Part shown: piece after piece, positions 10,050 to 19,726 of the stretch
Layout: each line of letters starts with the position of its first letter
Numbering within the stretch: position 1 is the first letter of the stretch
Assembly (NCBI GenBank): GCA_041686485.1
Contig: JAWLDT010000012.1
Coordinates: 1 to 52,110 of the forward strand
Direction: 5' to 3'
Length of the DNA: 52,110 bases
Origin: Bacteroidales bacterium
Lineage (GTDB): Bacteria > Bacteroidota > Bacteroidia > Bacteroidales > UBA7960
Notes under the pieces: generated by a model
Told to the model about the DNA's origin: nothing
What the model saw: only the letters and a program-made list of their open reading frames with translations
The model's database searches: none
Program-made: the position numbers and the translations under genes

Positions 10050-11657
10050 TTACATTCGGTAGACCCCGCTGGTGGGGGAGTCGAATACGCGATTCAGGGA
10101 AGTGGCAATACATAAAGCGATGACTTCCCTGGTTTGCATAGGTTCAATGATTCCGTCATCCCAGATTCTGGATGAACTATAGTAAGCAGAACCTTCCTTT
10201 TCGTATTTTTCAAAAATAGCGGCTTTCATATCTTCAATTTCTTTGGGGTTAGGTTCCTGGCCTTTTGCCTGCAGTTGTTCTACTTTCACCTGTGCCAGCA
10301 CATTGGCGGCCTGTTTGCCACCCATGACCGAGATACGTGCGTCAGGCCACATAAACAAAAAGCGTGGGTCAAATGCCCTTCCGGCCATGGCATAGTTACC
10401 GGCACCATAAGATCCGCCGGTGATGACGGTGAACTTGGGCACGGAAGCATTCGCCACAGCGTGTACAAGTTTGGCTCCATCGCGTGCCAGGCCTGCGTTT
10501 TCGTATGCCTTGCCCACCATAAAGCCGGTGATGTCCTGTAAAAAGAGGATGGGTACCTTCCGGAAGGTACACAGTTGAATGAAATGGGTTCCTTTCAGGG
10601 ATGATTCGGCAAAGAGTACCCCGTTATTGGCAATGATTCCTACCGGATACCCCATTATATGGGAAAATCCGGTCACGATCGAAGCGGCGTATCTGGCTTT
10701 GAACTCATGAAACCGGCTGCCATCTGTGAGGCGGGCAATGATTTCATAAGGGTCTGTTTGCCTTTTGGGATCTTTTTCAAGGATGCCCGGTAATTCCTGT
10801 GGGTCGTACAATGGCGCTTCCGCCTGCCGGATGTCAAGCTTCTGTTTTTCAGCAGGTTGCAGAGTCTCAAAAATGCTGCGGCAGATAGAGAGGGCATGTT
10901 GATCATTTTCTGCAAAGTGGTCGGCTACACCTGATTTGGTGGTATGTACCTCTGCGCCACCAAGCTCTTCCGGAGTTACTTCTTCCCCGGTGGCTGCTTT
11001 CACAAGTGGCGGCCCGCCGATAAAGATGGTCCCCTGGTTTTTTACAATAATGGTTTCATCACTCATGGCCGGTATGTAAGCGCCACCTGCCGTACAGGAA
11101 CCCATCACGATCGCAATCTGGGGGCATCCCTGCGCAGATAGCCTTGCCTGGTTGTAAAAGATACGGCCAAAATCATCACGGTCCGGAAAAACTTCCGCCT
11201 GGTTTGGCAGGAAGACACCGCCTGAATCTACCATATACACGCAAGGAAGGTGATTCTGCATCGCAATCTCCTGGGCGCGGATGTGTTTGCGGATGGTTTC
11301 CTTTACATAGGTACCCCCTTTTACCGTGGCATCATTGGCAATGATGATGCTCTCTTTGCCCTGAATGATGCCTATGCCGGTAACAATCCCGGCTCCCGGA
11401 AAACTGTCGTCATACTGGCCATAAGCGGCCAGCGTGGATAATTCCAGAAAAGGGGTGCCCGGATCAATCAACAGGTCAATACGCTCACGGGCAAGCAGTT
11501 TATCCCTGGAACGGTGTTTCTCTATTGCCTGTGGAGGACCTCCCTGCATCACATCCTCCAGGATGCGGCGATGTCGCTCCAGAATCTTTCCGTAATGTTT
11601 CTGATTATCCTGATATTCCGGACTGTCTGTTTTTATAGTTGATGTAATGGTATACAC
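10050..11657 (-). CDS. methylcrotonyl-CoA carboxylase beta subunit (carboxyltransferase)
   Basis: 535 aa. [24 protein letters not shown] and two carboxyltransferase halves typical of MCCB/PCCB. GTG start. Confidence 0.9.
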   Translation of the reverse strand: MYTITSTIKTDSPEYQDNQKHYGKILERHRRILEDVMQGGPPQAIEKHRSRDKLLARERIDLLIDPGTPFLELSTLAAYGQYDDSFPGAGIVTGIGIIQGKESIIIANDATVKGGTYVKETIRKHIRAQEIAMQNHLPCVYMVDSGGVFLPNQAEVFPDRDDFGRIFYNQARLSAQGCPQIAIVMGSCTAGGAYIPAMSDETIIVKNQGTIFIGGPPLVKAATGEEVTPEELGGAEVHTTKSGVADHFAENDQHALSICRSIFETLQPAEKQKLDIRQAEAPLYDPQELPGILEKDPKRQTDPYEIIARLTDGSRFHEFKARYAASIVTGFSHIMGYPVGIIANNGVLFAESSLKGTHFIQLCTFRKVPILFLQDITGFMVGKAYENAGLARDGAKLVHAVANASVPKFTVITGGSYGAGNYAMAGRAFDPRFLFMWPDARISVMGGKQAANVLAQVKVEQLQAKGQEPNPKEIEDMKAAIFEKYEKEGSAYYSSSRIWDDGIIEPMQTREVIALCIATSLNRVFDSPTSGVYRM

Positions 11658-11729
11658 GGTGCCAATTGTTATGTTATATATAGTGTGAAACGTGTAAGAT
11701 ATGATTCTGCTGCTGTTGATGAACAGCTG

Positions 11730-13010
11730 TTACAACCTGCCCATTTTTTTCCACAGACGCCGGGCCTGAATCTTTGATTCATAGATCACCTGATCTTCAT
11801 CAATGGTTTGAAGTTGTCTGTCTTTGACCACCAACTTTCCATTGGCGATTACATCTTTGATATGGACTGATGAAAGGCCAAACACAAAATGTCCCGGAAA
11901 ATTGTCTGTGTTAATGTCTGTAGGGCCGTCATAATCGATGACGACCAAATTGTTATCACCGTCGCCGGAAAAGTTGTTTTCCGCCGTGTATCGATGGATG
12001 TTACGGAAACGCTTATAAGCGGTCATAAAGTCGATATTGTCGTTTAATTGACCGGTAAAGAAGGCGGCCCTGGCACTTCTGATCATATCGCTGTGCATCC
12101 CGTCGGTACCCAGCATGATGTTGTCCCTAAGCCCTTCGCCGCTGAAACTGCCTACCTTGTTTTTCAGGTTGCTCTCCATGTTTTCGGTGATCCGGCAGGG
12201 TTTGTTGTGTAAGATCCGGCGTTCATGCGCATCAAGGTGAAGACCATGTACCAGGATTGTCTTCGGCGATTCAAGGATGCCGGCTTCATCCAGTCTTTTG
12301 GTTACCCGCATTCCATATTGCTCGAGACAGTGTTCCTGGTCGTATATCCCTTCGGCAAGATGCATGTGGACGCCTGAATCGAAACGTTGCATAAGATCTG
12401 TTGCCCCTTCAAGGGTTTCCGGTCCTACTGTAAAAGAGGCATGTAACCCGACCAGGCCCTGCCGCTGCTTCAGGTAACGCTCGGTCTCCCGGAGGCCTTT
12501 TAATGCTTTCTCAGGACCGCCACGGTCGGTGGCTTCGTAGCACAACAAGTGATTAACACCTACTTCATCAAAAGCTTCTGCGATGATATCGAGTGAGCCC
12601 TCAATGCATTCAGGGGAAGCATGATGATCTGTCACAAACGTTGTACCCGCTTTGGCTGCACTTATGGCAGTAGCCAGCGCACTGTAGCGAATGGATTCTT
12701 CATCGAGGTTTTTATCCAGTGTCCACCAGATATACTGCAGAATCTCACGGAAATTTTCCGGTTTTTTCGGGGGTGGCGGCATACCCCTCGCCAGGGCTGA
12801 ATACACATGATGATGCCCACTTCCGAATGATTTTGTCACCAGTTTGCCTGTGCAATCCAGAACATGATGTTCTTCTTCTTTAACAGCTTCAGCATTTGCA
12901 TCCAGAAAACGGATTGCACCGTCTACACCCTCTTCAGCAAGGATATCCGTCCTGGTAAACTCGAGTGTATCCCACTGTATAAAGGTTCCATTTTTTAATA
13001 AGATGCCCAT
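11730..13010 (-). CDS. ssnA: amidohydrolase-superfamily protein, SsnA-like aminohydrolase
   Basis: 426 aa. GSGHHHVY metal-binding HxH region and chlorohydrolase/deaminase-like layout. Sits next to the XdhD-like gene, as in the E. coli ygfK-ssnA-xdhD region. Confidence 0.65.
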   Translation of the reverse strand: MGILLKNGTFIQWDTLEFTRTDILAEEGVDGAIRFLDANAEAVKEEEHHVLDCTGKLVTKSFGSGHHHVYSALARGMPPPPKKPENFREILQYIWWTLDKNLDEESIRYSALATAISAAKAGTTFVTDHHASPECIEGSLDIIAEAFDEVGVNHLLCYEATDRGGPEKALKGLRETERYLKQRQGLVGLHASFTVGPETLEGATDLMQRFDSGVHMHLAEGIYDQEHCLEQYGMRVTKRLDEAGILESPKTILVHGLHLDAHERRILHNKPCRITENMESNLKNKVGSFSGEGLRDNIMLGTDGMHSDMIRSARAAFFTGQLNDNIDFMTAYKRFRNIHRYTAENNFSGDGDNNLVVIDYDGPTDINTDNFPGHFVFGLSSVHIKDVIANGKLVVKDRQLQTIDEDQVIYESKIQARRLWKKMGRL

Positions 13011-13085
13011 TTCGTTCCCTTTTTGATTTAACAGATCTGATGCCCTTATTCAATAACCCGCCCATTTTAATCTTTACCGGCAAAA

Positions 13086-15644
13086 TTACATATTCAATGG
13101 CAGTTTTGTACGTTTTTTATCGTCAAAGGCCATGTAAGCATTGACTGTGGCGGCAGCTGTAGGTACCATACCGATCTCACCAATACCTTTGGCGCCATAA
13201 GGGCCGTTTGGGTCTTTTTCTTCTATGCCGATCACCTTAACGGGAGGCATTTTGTTGGCTCGCAGGATGCCCAGGTCTTTGTATGTGTCGTTCACCAGCA
13301 CCCCGTCTTTCATGGGTAGATCTTCTGTCAGTGCATACCCCAGACCCATATGAACCGAGCCTTCTATCTGGCCTTCAAACAACATCTTATTCATGATCTT
13401 CCCGGCATCATGGGCTGCGATTACCTTGCTGACCTTCCCTTCATCGTTTAGAACCACTACCTGAGTGGCATAACCATAGGAAAAATGAATGTAAGGGTCA
13501 TCGATGTTTTCGCCGGGTTTGCTCGTCCAGTCACACACATATTTCCCTTTATATGTTCGACCGGCCAGTTTTTTCAGGTTTTCCGCATCAGGCTTACTTC
13601 CAATGTCCTTCTTCAGACTTTTGGCCGCATCGATGATGGCGTTTCCCAGCAATGCTGTACCCCTTGAAGAGGTGGTCATGCCTGTGGGCACACCTGCACT
13701 GGTGTCAACCAAAACGTCCATAACACCAGGATCGATGCCCGTTTCCTGATGCAACGTTTGAATGGCCATGGTGTGTACACCCTGTCCCATTTCTGTCCAA
13801 CCATGGTGAATGAGTACCTTTCCCTCTCCTGTAATTTCAATTTTGACCTCACTGTCATCGATCATGCCATTGCCCACACCACTGTTTTTGATGGCACAGG
13901 CAATACCCGCGTACCTTGCTTTTTGGAAATCGTCTTTTACAGCCAGCAATGTCTTCTTCAAGCCTACGCCCTTGAGCGCCTGACCTGTTGCAGTTTTTGC
14001 GCCATCTTCCAGGGCGTTGTTGTAACGGAATTCCCATCGATCGAATCCGCCCTGCCGGCATAAATCATCGATACAGCTTTCCAGGGCAAAGATGACCTGT
14101 GGGACCCCAAAGCCCCTCATGGCGCCAGAAGGAATGTTGTTGGTATAGATTGTTTTGGCGCTGATGTCGGCGGCAGGAATGATATATCCGCCGGTTGCAT
14201 GCCCTACAACCCGTTCCATGACCTTGGTCCCAACCGAGGCATAAGCCCCTGTGTCTCCAAATGCATCCATGCGGATAGCGGTCAATTGGCCTTTCTCGTT
14301 ACATGCAACCTGCATATCCATAAATACCGGATGGCGCTTGGGATGCATGCGGATCGACTCCTGCCTGGTGAGATGTACCTTTACCGGTTTTTGCAGCAAC
14401 CAGGCAAAAAGGCCGGCATGACCCTGGACACTCAAATCTTCTTTTCCGCCAAAGCCACCACCGTTGGGTACCAGCTGAACGACCACATGCTTTTCCGGTA
14501 TGTCGAGGATCGCTGCCAGCTGTTTACGGTCTACATATACGCCCTGACCCTGACTGTAAAGACGGATGCCCTTCTTTTCAGGCAATGCCACCGCGGCTTC
14601 GGTTTCGAGGAAGGCATGTTCCACGCGTTGCGTCTCATACCTGGATGCAGAGACATAAGCGGCTTCCTGAAAGGCTTTGTCTGCATCACCCTGCCGGATC
14701 CTGCAATCCTCCAATACATTTGAACGGCCTGGATGTACCTGTGGACTGCTGTCTTTGGCAGCCTCGAAAACATCGGTAACCGGATCAAGCGCATCGTAGC
14801 TAACACGGATCAGTGAAGCTGCCTGTCTGGCAATGCTTTCAGATTCTGCGACTACGCCGGCGATAACATCACCCCTGTACCTGGTGACTTCCCCGACATC
14901 TATCATCATTGGCCAGTCCTTGAAAATCAGTCCGGTCATGCGTTCACCTGGAATATCTCTGGCGGTATACACCCCGGCAACACCTTCCATCGCTATGGCA
15001 GCGCTGGTATCAATATTCTTGATCTTTGCCCGCGGATGGTCGCTGAATACAAGTGCACCATGCAACATGCCCTTAAAACGAAGATCATCTGTGAATGGTC
15101 TTTCACCCAGAGCGGTTTCAACTGACTGGTATTTCGGATAGGGGGCTCCGACCTTCGCCGATGAATGGCTTTGCGTGGGTAATGGTTGTTTCAGGTTTAT
15201 TCGCAAGGCCTCTTCAATGGCATCCACAATTTTTATGTAGCCTGTGCAGCGGCAGAGGTTGGGATTGATTGCCCGGATGATCGTATCGCGAGATAGAAGT
15301 TCATCGTGTTGGAACAATTGTTTGGCCCGCATAATAAAGCCCGGGGTGCAGAACCCGCATTGCACAGCTCCCTTTTCGGCAAATAGCTTGCCGATCATGG
15401 TACGGAACGCTTCCGGCAGTCCTTCTGTGGTGATAATGTCGGCACCGCTAAGGTCTGAGAGTTTCGTACGACAGGCCAGCTTTGCCTTCCCGTTGATCTC
15501 AACGGTGCAGGCGCCGCAACTCCCTTCGCCGGAGCAGCCGTCCCGGACAGAGAAGTTGCCCTTGTCCCGCAGATACTCCAGAAGGCTGCGGTCATCGTTC
15601 TCAGAACAACTGTATACCCCGTTGTTAATGGTGAATGTTATCAT
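13086..15644 (-). CDS. molybdenum hydroxylase with fused N-terminal 2x[2Fe-2S] domains (XdhD / selenium-dependent Mo-hydroxylase-1-like)
   Basis: 852 aa. CSGEGSCGACTV and GFCTPGF...CRCTGY FeS motifs, then GGGFGGKED and AKGIGEIG molybdopterin-domain motifs. No FAD domain. Confidence 0.85.
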   Translation of the reverse strand: MITFTINNGVYSCSENDDRSLLEYLRDKGNFSVRDGCSGEGSCGACTVEINGKAKLACRTKLSDLSGADIITTEGLPEAFRTMIGKLFAEKGAVQCGFCTPGFIMRAKQLFQHDELLSRDTIIRAINPNLCRCTGYIKIVDAIEEALRINLKQPLPTQSHSSAKVGAPYPKYQSVETALGERPFTDDLRFKGMLHGALVFSDHPRAKIKNIDTSAAIAMEGVAGVYTARDIPGERMTGLIFKDWPMMIDVGEVTRYRGDVIAGVVAESESIARQAASLIRVSYDALDPVTDVFEAAKDSSPQVHPGRSNVLEDCRIRQGDADKAFQEAAYVSASRYETQRVEHAFLETEAAVALPEKKGIRLYSQGQGVYVDRKQLAAILDIPEKHVVVQLVPNGGGFGGKEDLSVQGHAGLFAWLLQKPVKVHLTRQESIRMHPKRHPVFMDMQVACNEKGQLTAIRMDAFGDTGAYASVGTKVMERVVGHATGGYIIPAADISAKTIYTNNIPSGAMRGFGVPQVIFALESCIDDLCRQGGFDRWEFRYNNALEDGAKTATGQALKGVGLKKTLLAVKDDFQKARYAGIACAIKNSGVGNGMIDDSEVKIEITGEGKVLIHHGWTEMGQGVHTMAIQTLHQETGIDPGVMDVLVDTSAGVPTGMTTSSRGTALLGNAIIDAAKSLKKDIGSKPDAENLKKLAGRTYKGKYVCDWTSKPGENIDDPYIHFSYGYATQVVVLNDEGKVSKVIAAHDAGKIMNKMLFEGQIEGSVHMGLGYALTEDLPMKDGVLVNDTYKDLGILRANKMPPVKVIGIEEKDPNGPYGAKGIGEIGMVPTAAATVNAYMAFDDKKRTKLPLNM

Positions 15645-15710
15645 TGTTTGACTTATATATAATTGTGTTCTCTGAACATTGCACTAGTGACCATCCATTG
15701 CCGTTTAGCC

Positions 15711-16955
15711 TCATTTATAACGCTGTAATAATTTATTTAAGGATGCGATATCCGGGGATATGGGTTCCGGAGGCTGAACCATTTTTTCAACAGCCTTGAG
15801 ATCCTTGAGTCCGCTGCCTGTGACCATGACCACATTATGCGATCCTTCATGGCATTTTCCTTCCCTGTGATATGCCAGGAACCCGGCAAAGGCAGCGGCT
15901 GCTGCAGGCTCTCCGAAGACACCTGTGTTTGCGGCCATTGAAGCCGAAGCCGACAATATTTCATCATCGGTAACAGTGATCCATTCTCCGCCGTATGATT
16001 GCAGGTATTGTGCAGCCATAAAAAAGTTTCGGGGGATATCCACCGAGATGGAGTCTGCGATGGTGTCACTTGTCTCACTTCTGAAATCATCACGACCGAT
16101 ATTTCTCACAAGATTGCTACTGGTCGATGCCTGAACAGCCACCATGACAGGCATTTTTTCTATGAGCCTCAATTTGTAAAGATCTTCAAAGCCTTTGTAT
16201 ATTCCGGAAATGATCACACCATCTCCTACAGGTATAAATATGCGATCCGGCAGCTTGCCGTTCATCTGGTCATAAAGTTCAAAAGCGGCTGTCTTCTTCC
16301 CTTCAACGGTGAGCGGGTTATACCCTGTATTGCGATTGTACCAGCCATATCTGGCCGTGGCTGCTACACTCAGGTCAAAGGCCTTGTCGTAGTTGCCTTT
16401 AACTGGTACGATCTGTGCCCCATACATCATGATCTGACTGAGCTTCGCCTGGGGAGCGGTGGCAGGAACCATTACGACGGCCCGTTGACCCTGTGATGCA
16501 CATATGCCGGCCAGGGAGGATCCTGCATTGCCGGTGGAAGCTGTTACAATGGTATCTTTACCGTTTTCCCTGGCGTATGCCGATACCAGGGCAGAGGCCC
16601 TGTCTTTGTAAGAGAGGGTTGGGTTTTGTGTGTCATCTTTTATATGCAAATGAAAAGGCAGTGACTTTCCGTCCAGGGAATCAAAAACATAGAGGGGTGT
16701 CTTTCCGATATGCAGGGGCGGCAGGGATGTCAGGTCTTCTATGGGGAGCAGGTCAATAAATCCCCTGTTTTGTAAATCATGAAATGACAGGCTCCTTTTT
16801 TGCAGGCTTTCATAATCATATAAGGTTTTTAGGATGCCCGCCGGCGGAGCCATTATTGTGTTATGCCTGCTGCAGGAAGGGCATAAATATTGCTCGCTGT
16901 CAGACGTTTCCAGTGATTGATCGCATGTGATGCATGTAAATAAGTGTTTTTTCAT
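15711..16955 (-). CDS. fold-type II PLP enzyme, threonine-synthase-like, with N-terminal Cys4 zinc ribbon
   Basis: CITC...CPSC ribbon, SYKDRAS (PLP lysine) and TASTGNAGSS motifs. ATG at 16955 is preferred over the TTG at 16979. Confidence 0.7.
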   Translation of the reverse strand: MKKHLFTCITCDQSLETSDSEQYLCPSCSRHNTIMAPPAGILKTLYDYESLQKRSLSFHDLQNRGFIDLLPIEDLTSLPPLHIGKTPLYVFDSLDGKSLPFHLHIKDDTQNPTLSYKDRASALVSAYARENGKDTIVTASTGNAGSSLAGICASQGQRAVVMVPATAPQAKLSQIMMYGAQIVPVKGNYDKAFDLSVAATARYGWYNRNTGYNPLTVEGKKTAAFELYDQMNGKLPDRIFIPVGDGVIISGIYKGFEDLYKLRLIEKMPVMVAVQASTSSNLVRNIGRDDFRSETSDTIADSISVDIPRNFFMAAQYLQSYGGEWITVTDDEILSASASMAANTGVFGEPAAAAAFAGFLAYHREGKCHEGSHNVVMVTGSGLKDLKAVEKMVQPPEPISPDIASLNKLLQRYK

Positions 16956-17210
16956 ATATGTTATCCAAAACCATTTCAACGAAGTATATGACCAATTTAT
17001 TAAAATTTAGCGACACGAAGCATGCTTTTTTTTGGGAAAGTTGCCTTTTGATATAATTTTCCCCCGTTTTTGTTACCTTTGTTAGTAAACCGAGCTTATT
17101 GAAGATGGTTACTTATCCCTGATGCCCGGTGGTGTTTTGGTATATAATCTCTTGTCTTCAGTGTTGAACATTATTATAACATTCGTCATTTCTAAAGATA
17201 AGCTTTGATT

Positions 17211-18140
17211 ATGGTCAGAATCGCGTTTATTCTATTGTTTTTTCTTATTTCCGGCTCTGTGTCGGCTAATGGGTATTTACCGTATGATAACAGTCACATA
17301 ACCAATATTGAGGGTTTAAAGATCCATTATCGTCACTGGGAGGCAGATGCAGAGAATCCGAAGGGCAGTTGCCTGCTGATCCATGGTTTTGGTGCTTCAA
17401 CCTTTTCCTGGGAACAGGTTGCCGATAGCCTTCAGCAGCGGGGTTTTGATGTTGTTGCGATAGATCTGCCTCCATTTGGGTACAGCGACAAGTCGGCACA
17501 TATAAATCAGGCGGTTACAGCACATGCCAGACGTTTACAAACTTTCATTCACGAGACGTTCCCTGGCAGATCCTGGCATATTGCCGGCCATTCGATGGGA
17601 GGGGCCGCGGTTCAGGCATACGCCTTGTTATATCCGGAGGACCTTGAAACCGTTACATTTGTTTCTGCGGCCCTTTTCACCTCGCTTCCAAGGTCTGAAT
17701 CTTCTGCCAATGCCTTGCTGCGTTTATCTCCTGTCCATTTTTTACTTGGGGAGTTTGCTGAGGAGTGGCTGCTCACAGATTCAAACATTGAGAGGTTGCT
17801 GGCTTCAGCTTATGGGCAGGAGCCTTCAGAAGAACAGGTAAGGGCCTATCTGGATCCGCTGACTATACCCGGCACCATCAAGGCGATTCTGTCTGCACCT
17901 GCCTATCATGAATATACGGTCAGTCTTGATGCAGCTGATTTAGAAACCAGGTCATTGGCTATCTGGGGGGATGCCGATGAATGGGTGCCGGTGGAGTCCC
18001 GTGAGCAAAGCCTCAAAAAAATGCCTGATACTGAACTGATCCTGCTGGAAGACGTGGGACACAATCCCATGGAAACCCACTTCGAACAATTTATGGAAGC
18101 ATGGATCCCCTTCCTGGAAAACCCGGCTGATAACAACTAA
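17211..18140 (+). CDS. secreted alpha/beta-fold hydrolase
   Basis: Signal-peptide-like IAFILLFFLISGSVSANG, HGFGAS oxyanion region, GHSMGG nucleophile elbow and C-terminal GH. ATG at 17211 is preferred over the TTG at 17205. Confidence 0.8.
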   Translation: MVRIAFILLFFLISGSVSANGYLPYDNSHITNIEGLKIHYRHWEADAENPKGSCLLIHGFGASTFSWEQVADSLQQRGFDVVAIDLPPFGYSDKSAHINQAVTAHARRLQTFIHETFPGRSWHIAGHSMGGAAVQAYALLYPEDLETVTFVSAALFTSLPRSESSANALLRLSPVHFLLGEFAEEWLLTDSNIERLLASAYGQEPSEEQVRAYLDPLTIPGTIKAILSAPAYHEYTVSLDAADLETRSLAIWGDADEWVPVESREQSLKKMPDTELILLEDVGHNPMETHFEQFMEAWIPFLENPADNN

Positions 18141-18179
18141 TCACCTTACCTGTTCATTGCTGTCAGCTTTTCCCTCATG

Positions 18180-19661
18180 TTACATTGAATCCAGCAGACC
18201 TGTATCTTTATTGAATTCCTCGATGAGCTCATCCCAGCGTTCTGCCTGGTTGAATATGACTGGCCACAGATGCCTGTCATACCATTGTTGATTTAATTCC
18301 TCCAATGGTTTTTCCTGCTGCTCGATCCACGTAAAGTATTTAAGGTTGTGGATCGCCTGTTTATCGGGATAGGTTAGCTCTTTCATATGGTCGGTTGTGG
18401 TTCCCATCAGGCATTTTTCCAGGTCTTTGACCGCCTGTTTTTCTGTGTAAGCGCCTTTACTTTCATTCAGTTCATGCAGCCTTGACTGGTAAAGATCAGC
18501 TGAGTCGGTTGCTATGGAGAGGACAATATCATCCTCCGTCATCTCATAATATTTGGCTGTTTTGATGGCTGAGAGCAGATTGGCGATGCAGGAGATGCCA
18601 AGGAGGGGTAGTTTTTCAAGCTGACTGTCATCCAATCCGATGGAGCGCAGGTAAGCGTGGCCCTCTTTTTCATTGAACAGCCTGAAAAGGCGCATGCAAT
18701 CCTCATCGTCAATGGCGGTTACCATGTCGGTATTTTTGACATTATGCACCCATGGCACATGCTTATCGCCGATGCCCTCTATCCGGTGTCCGCCAAAGCC
18801 ATTTCGGAGAAGGGTAGGGCACTGCAGGGCTTCTGATGCAACCACTTTAACATGAGGTGCCATGTTTCTAAGGTAGTCTCCCCCGGCAATGGTTCCGGCC
18901 GACCCTGTTGCTGATACGTAAGCTGCCAGTGTGCTGTCGGGCGTTTTTACCTTGTTGAATACTTCTTCCAGGGCACTGCCGGTGATATTATAGTGCCATG
19001 CGGGATTCCCAAATTCGTCGAATTGATTCAGGATGACGCAATCCGGACGTGTGCGGCGAATGTCCCAGCAGGCATCATAGATCTCCTTCACATTGGATTC
19101 ACATCCCGGCGTGGCCATTACCTCGCATCCAACCGTATCCCTCAGCCAGGAAAAACGTTCCTGGCTCATCTCTTCAGGAAGGATAGCCACGGCACTCGAC
19201 CCCATCAGCTTGCAGTCGAAGGCACCGCCCCGGCAATAATTGCCGGTGGATGGCCATACGGCTTTGTGATAGGTGGGGTCAAAACTACCGGTGATGATGC
19301 GGGGAGCCAGACAGCCGTATGCCGCCCCCACTTTATGTGCCCCCGTGGGAAACCATTTGCCGACAAGCATCACAATACGGGCGTCAACACCTGTCAGCGT
19401 CTTTGGAAGTTCAATATAGTTTACATCTCCAAACAGGCCACCGTGATCCCTGGGTTCATTTTTCCAGGTAATGCGGAACAGGTTGAGAGGGTGCATGTCC
19501 CATAGTCCAATACCTGTAAGTTTCTCTTTGATCTTATCTGGGATACGCGATGGATCGCGTTGTTGCTCGAATGTCGGCAGGATAATTCCTTTCTCCCTGA
19601 AACGTTCAACGGCATTGCGTCTTGCCTTTTCATCCACTACCTTATCAATAGGTTTTATCAT
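18180..19661 (-). CDS. fold-type II PLP-dependent enzyme of unknown specificity (TrpB-like lysine motif)
   Basis: 493 aa. FPTGAHKVGAA resembles the TrpB HTGAHK PLP-lysine motif, with SATGSAGTIAGG as the phosphate-binding loop. Long N- and C-terminal extensions. Confidence 0.6.
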   Translation of the reverse strand: MIKPIDKVVDEKARRNAVERFREKGIILPTFEQQRDPSRIPDKIKEKLTGIGLWDMHPLNLFRITWKNEPRDHGGLFGDVNYIELPKTLTGVDARIVMLVGKWFPTGAHKVGAAYGCLAPRIITGSFDPTYHKAVWPSTGNYCRGGAFDCKLMGSSAVAILPEEMSQERFSWLRDTVGCEVMATPGCESNVKEIYDACWDIRRTRPDCVILNQFDEFGNPAWHYNITGSALEEVFNKVKTPDSTLAAYVSATGSAGTIAGGDYLRNMAPHVKVVASEALQCPTLLRNGFGGHRIEGIGDKHVPWVHNVKNTDMVTAIDDEDCMRLFRLFNEKEGHAYLRSIGLDDSQLEKLPLLGISCIANLLSAIKTAKYYEMTEDDIVLSIATDSADLYQSRLHELNESKGAYTEKQAVKDLEKCLMGTTTDHMKELTYPDKQAIHNLKYFTWIEQQEKPLEELNQQWYDRHLWPVIFNQAERWDELIEEFNKDTGLLDSM

Positions 19662-19726
19662 AGTCGTGTTTTTATTATCGGTTAGATGTTTCTGTTATTT
19701 TCTTTTTTGATGACATACCGGTGTTG

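Noticed and set aside
13485-15651. Multiple plus-strand ORFs (60-174 aa) inside the XdhD-like gene
   Set aside because: They are antisense to a well-supported 852-aa CDS with clear FeS/Moco motifs. Their translations are low-complexity with no recognisable motifs, which is typical of shadow ORFs.
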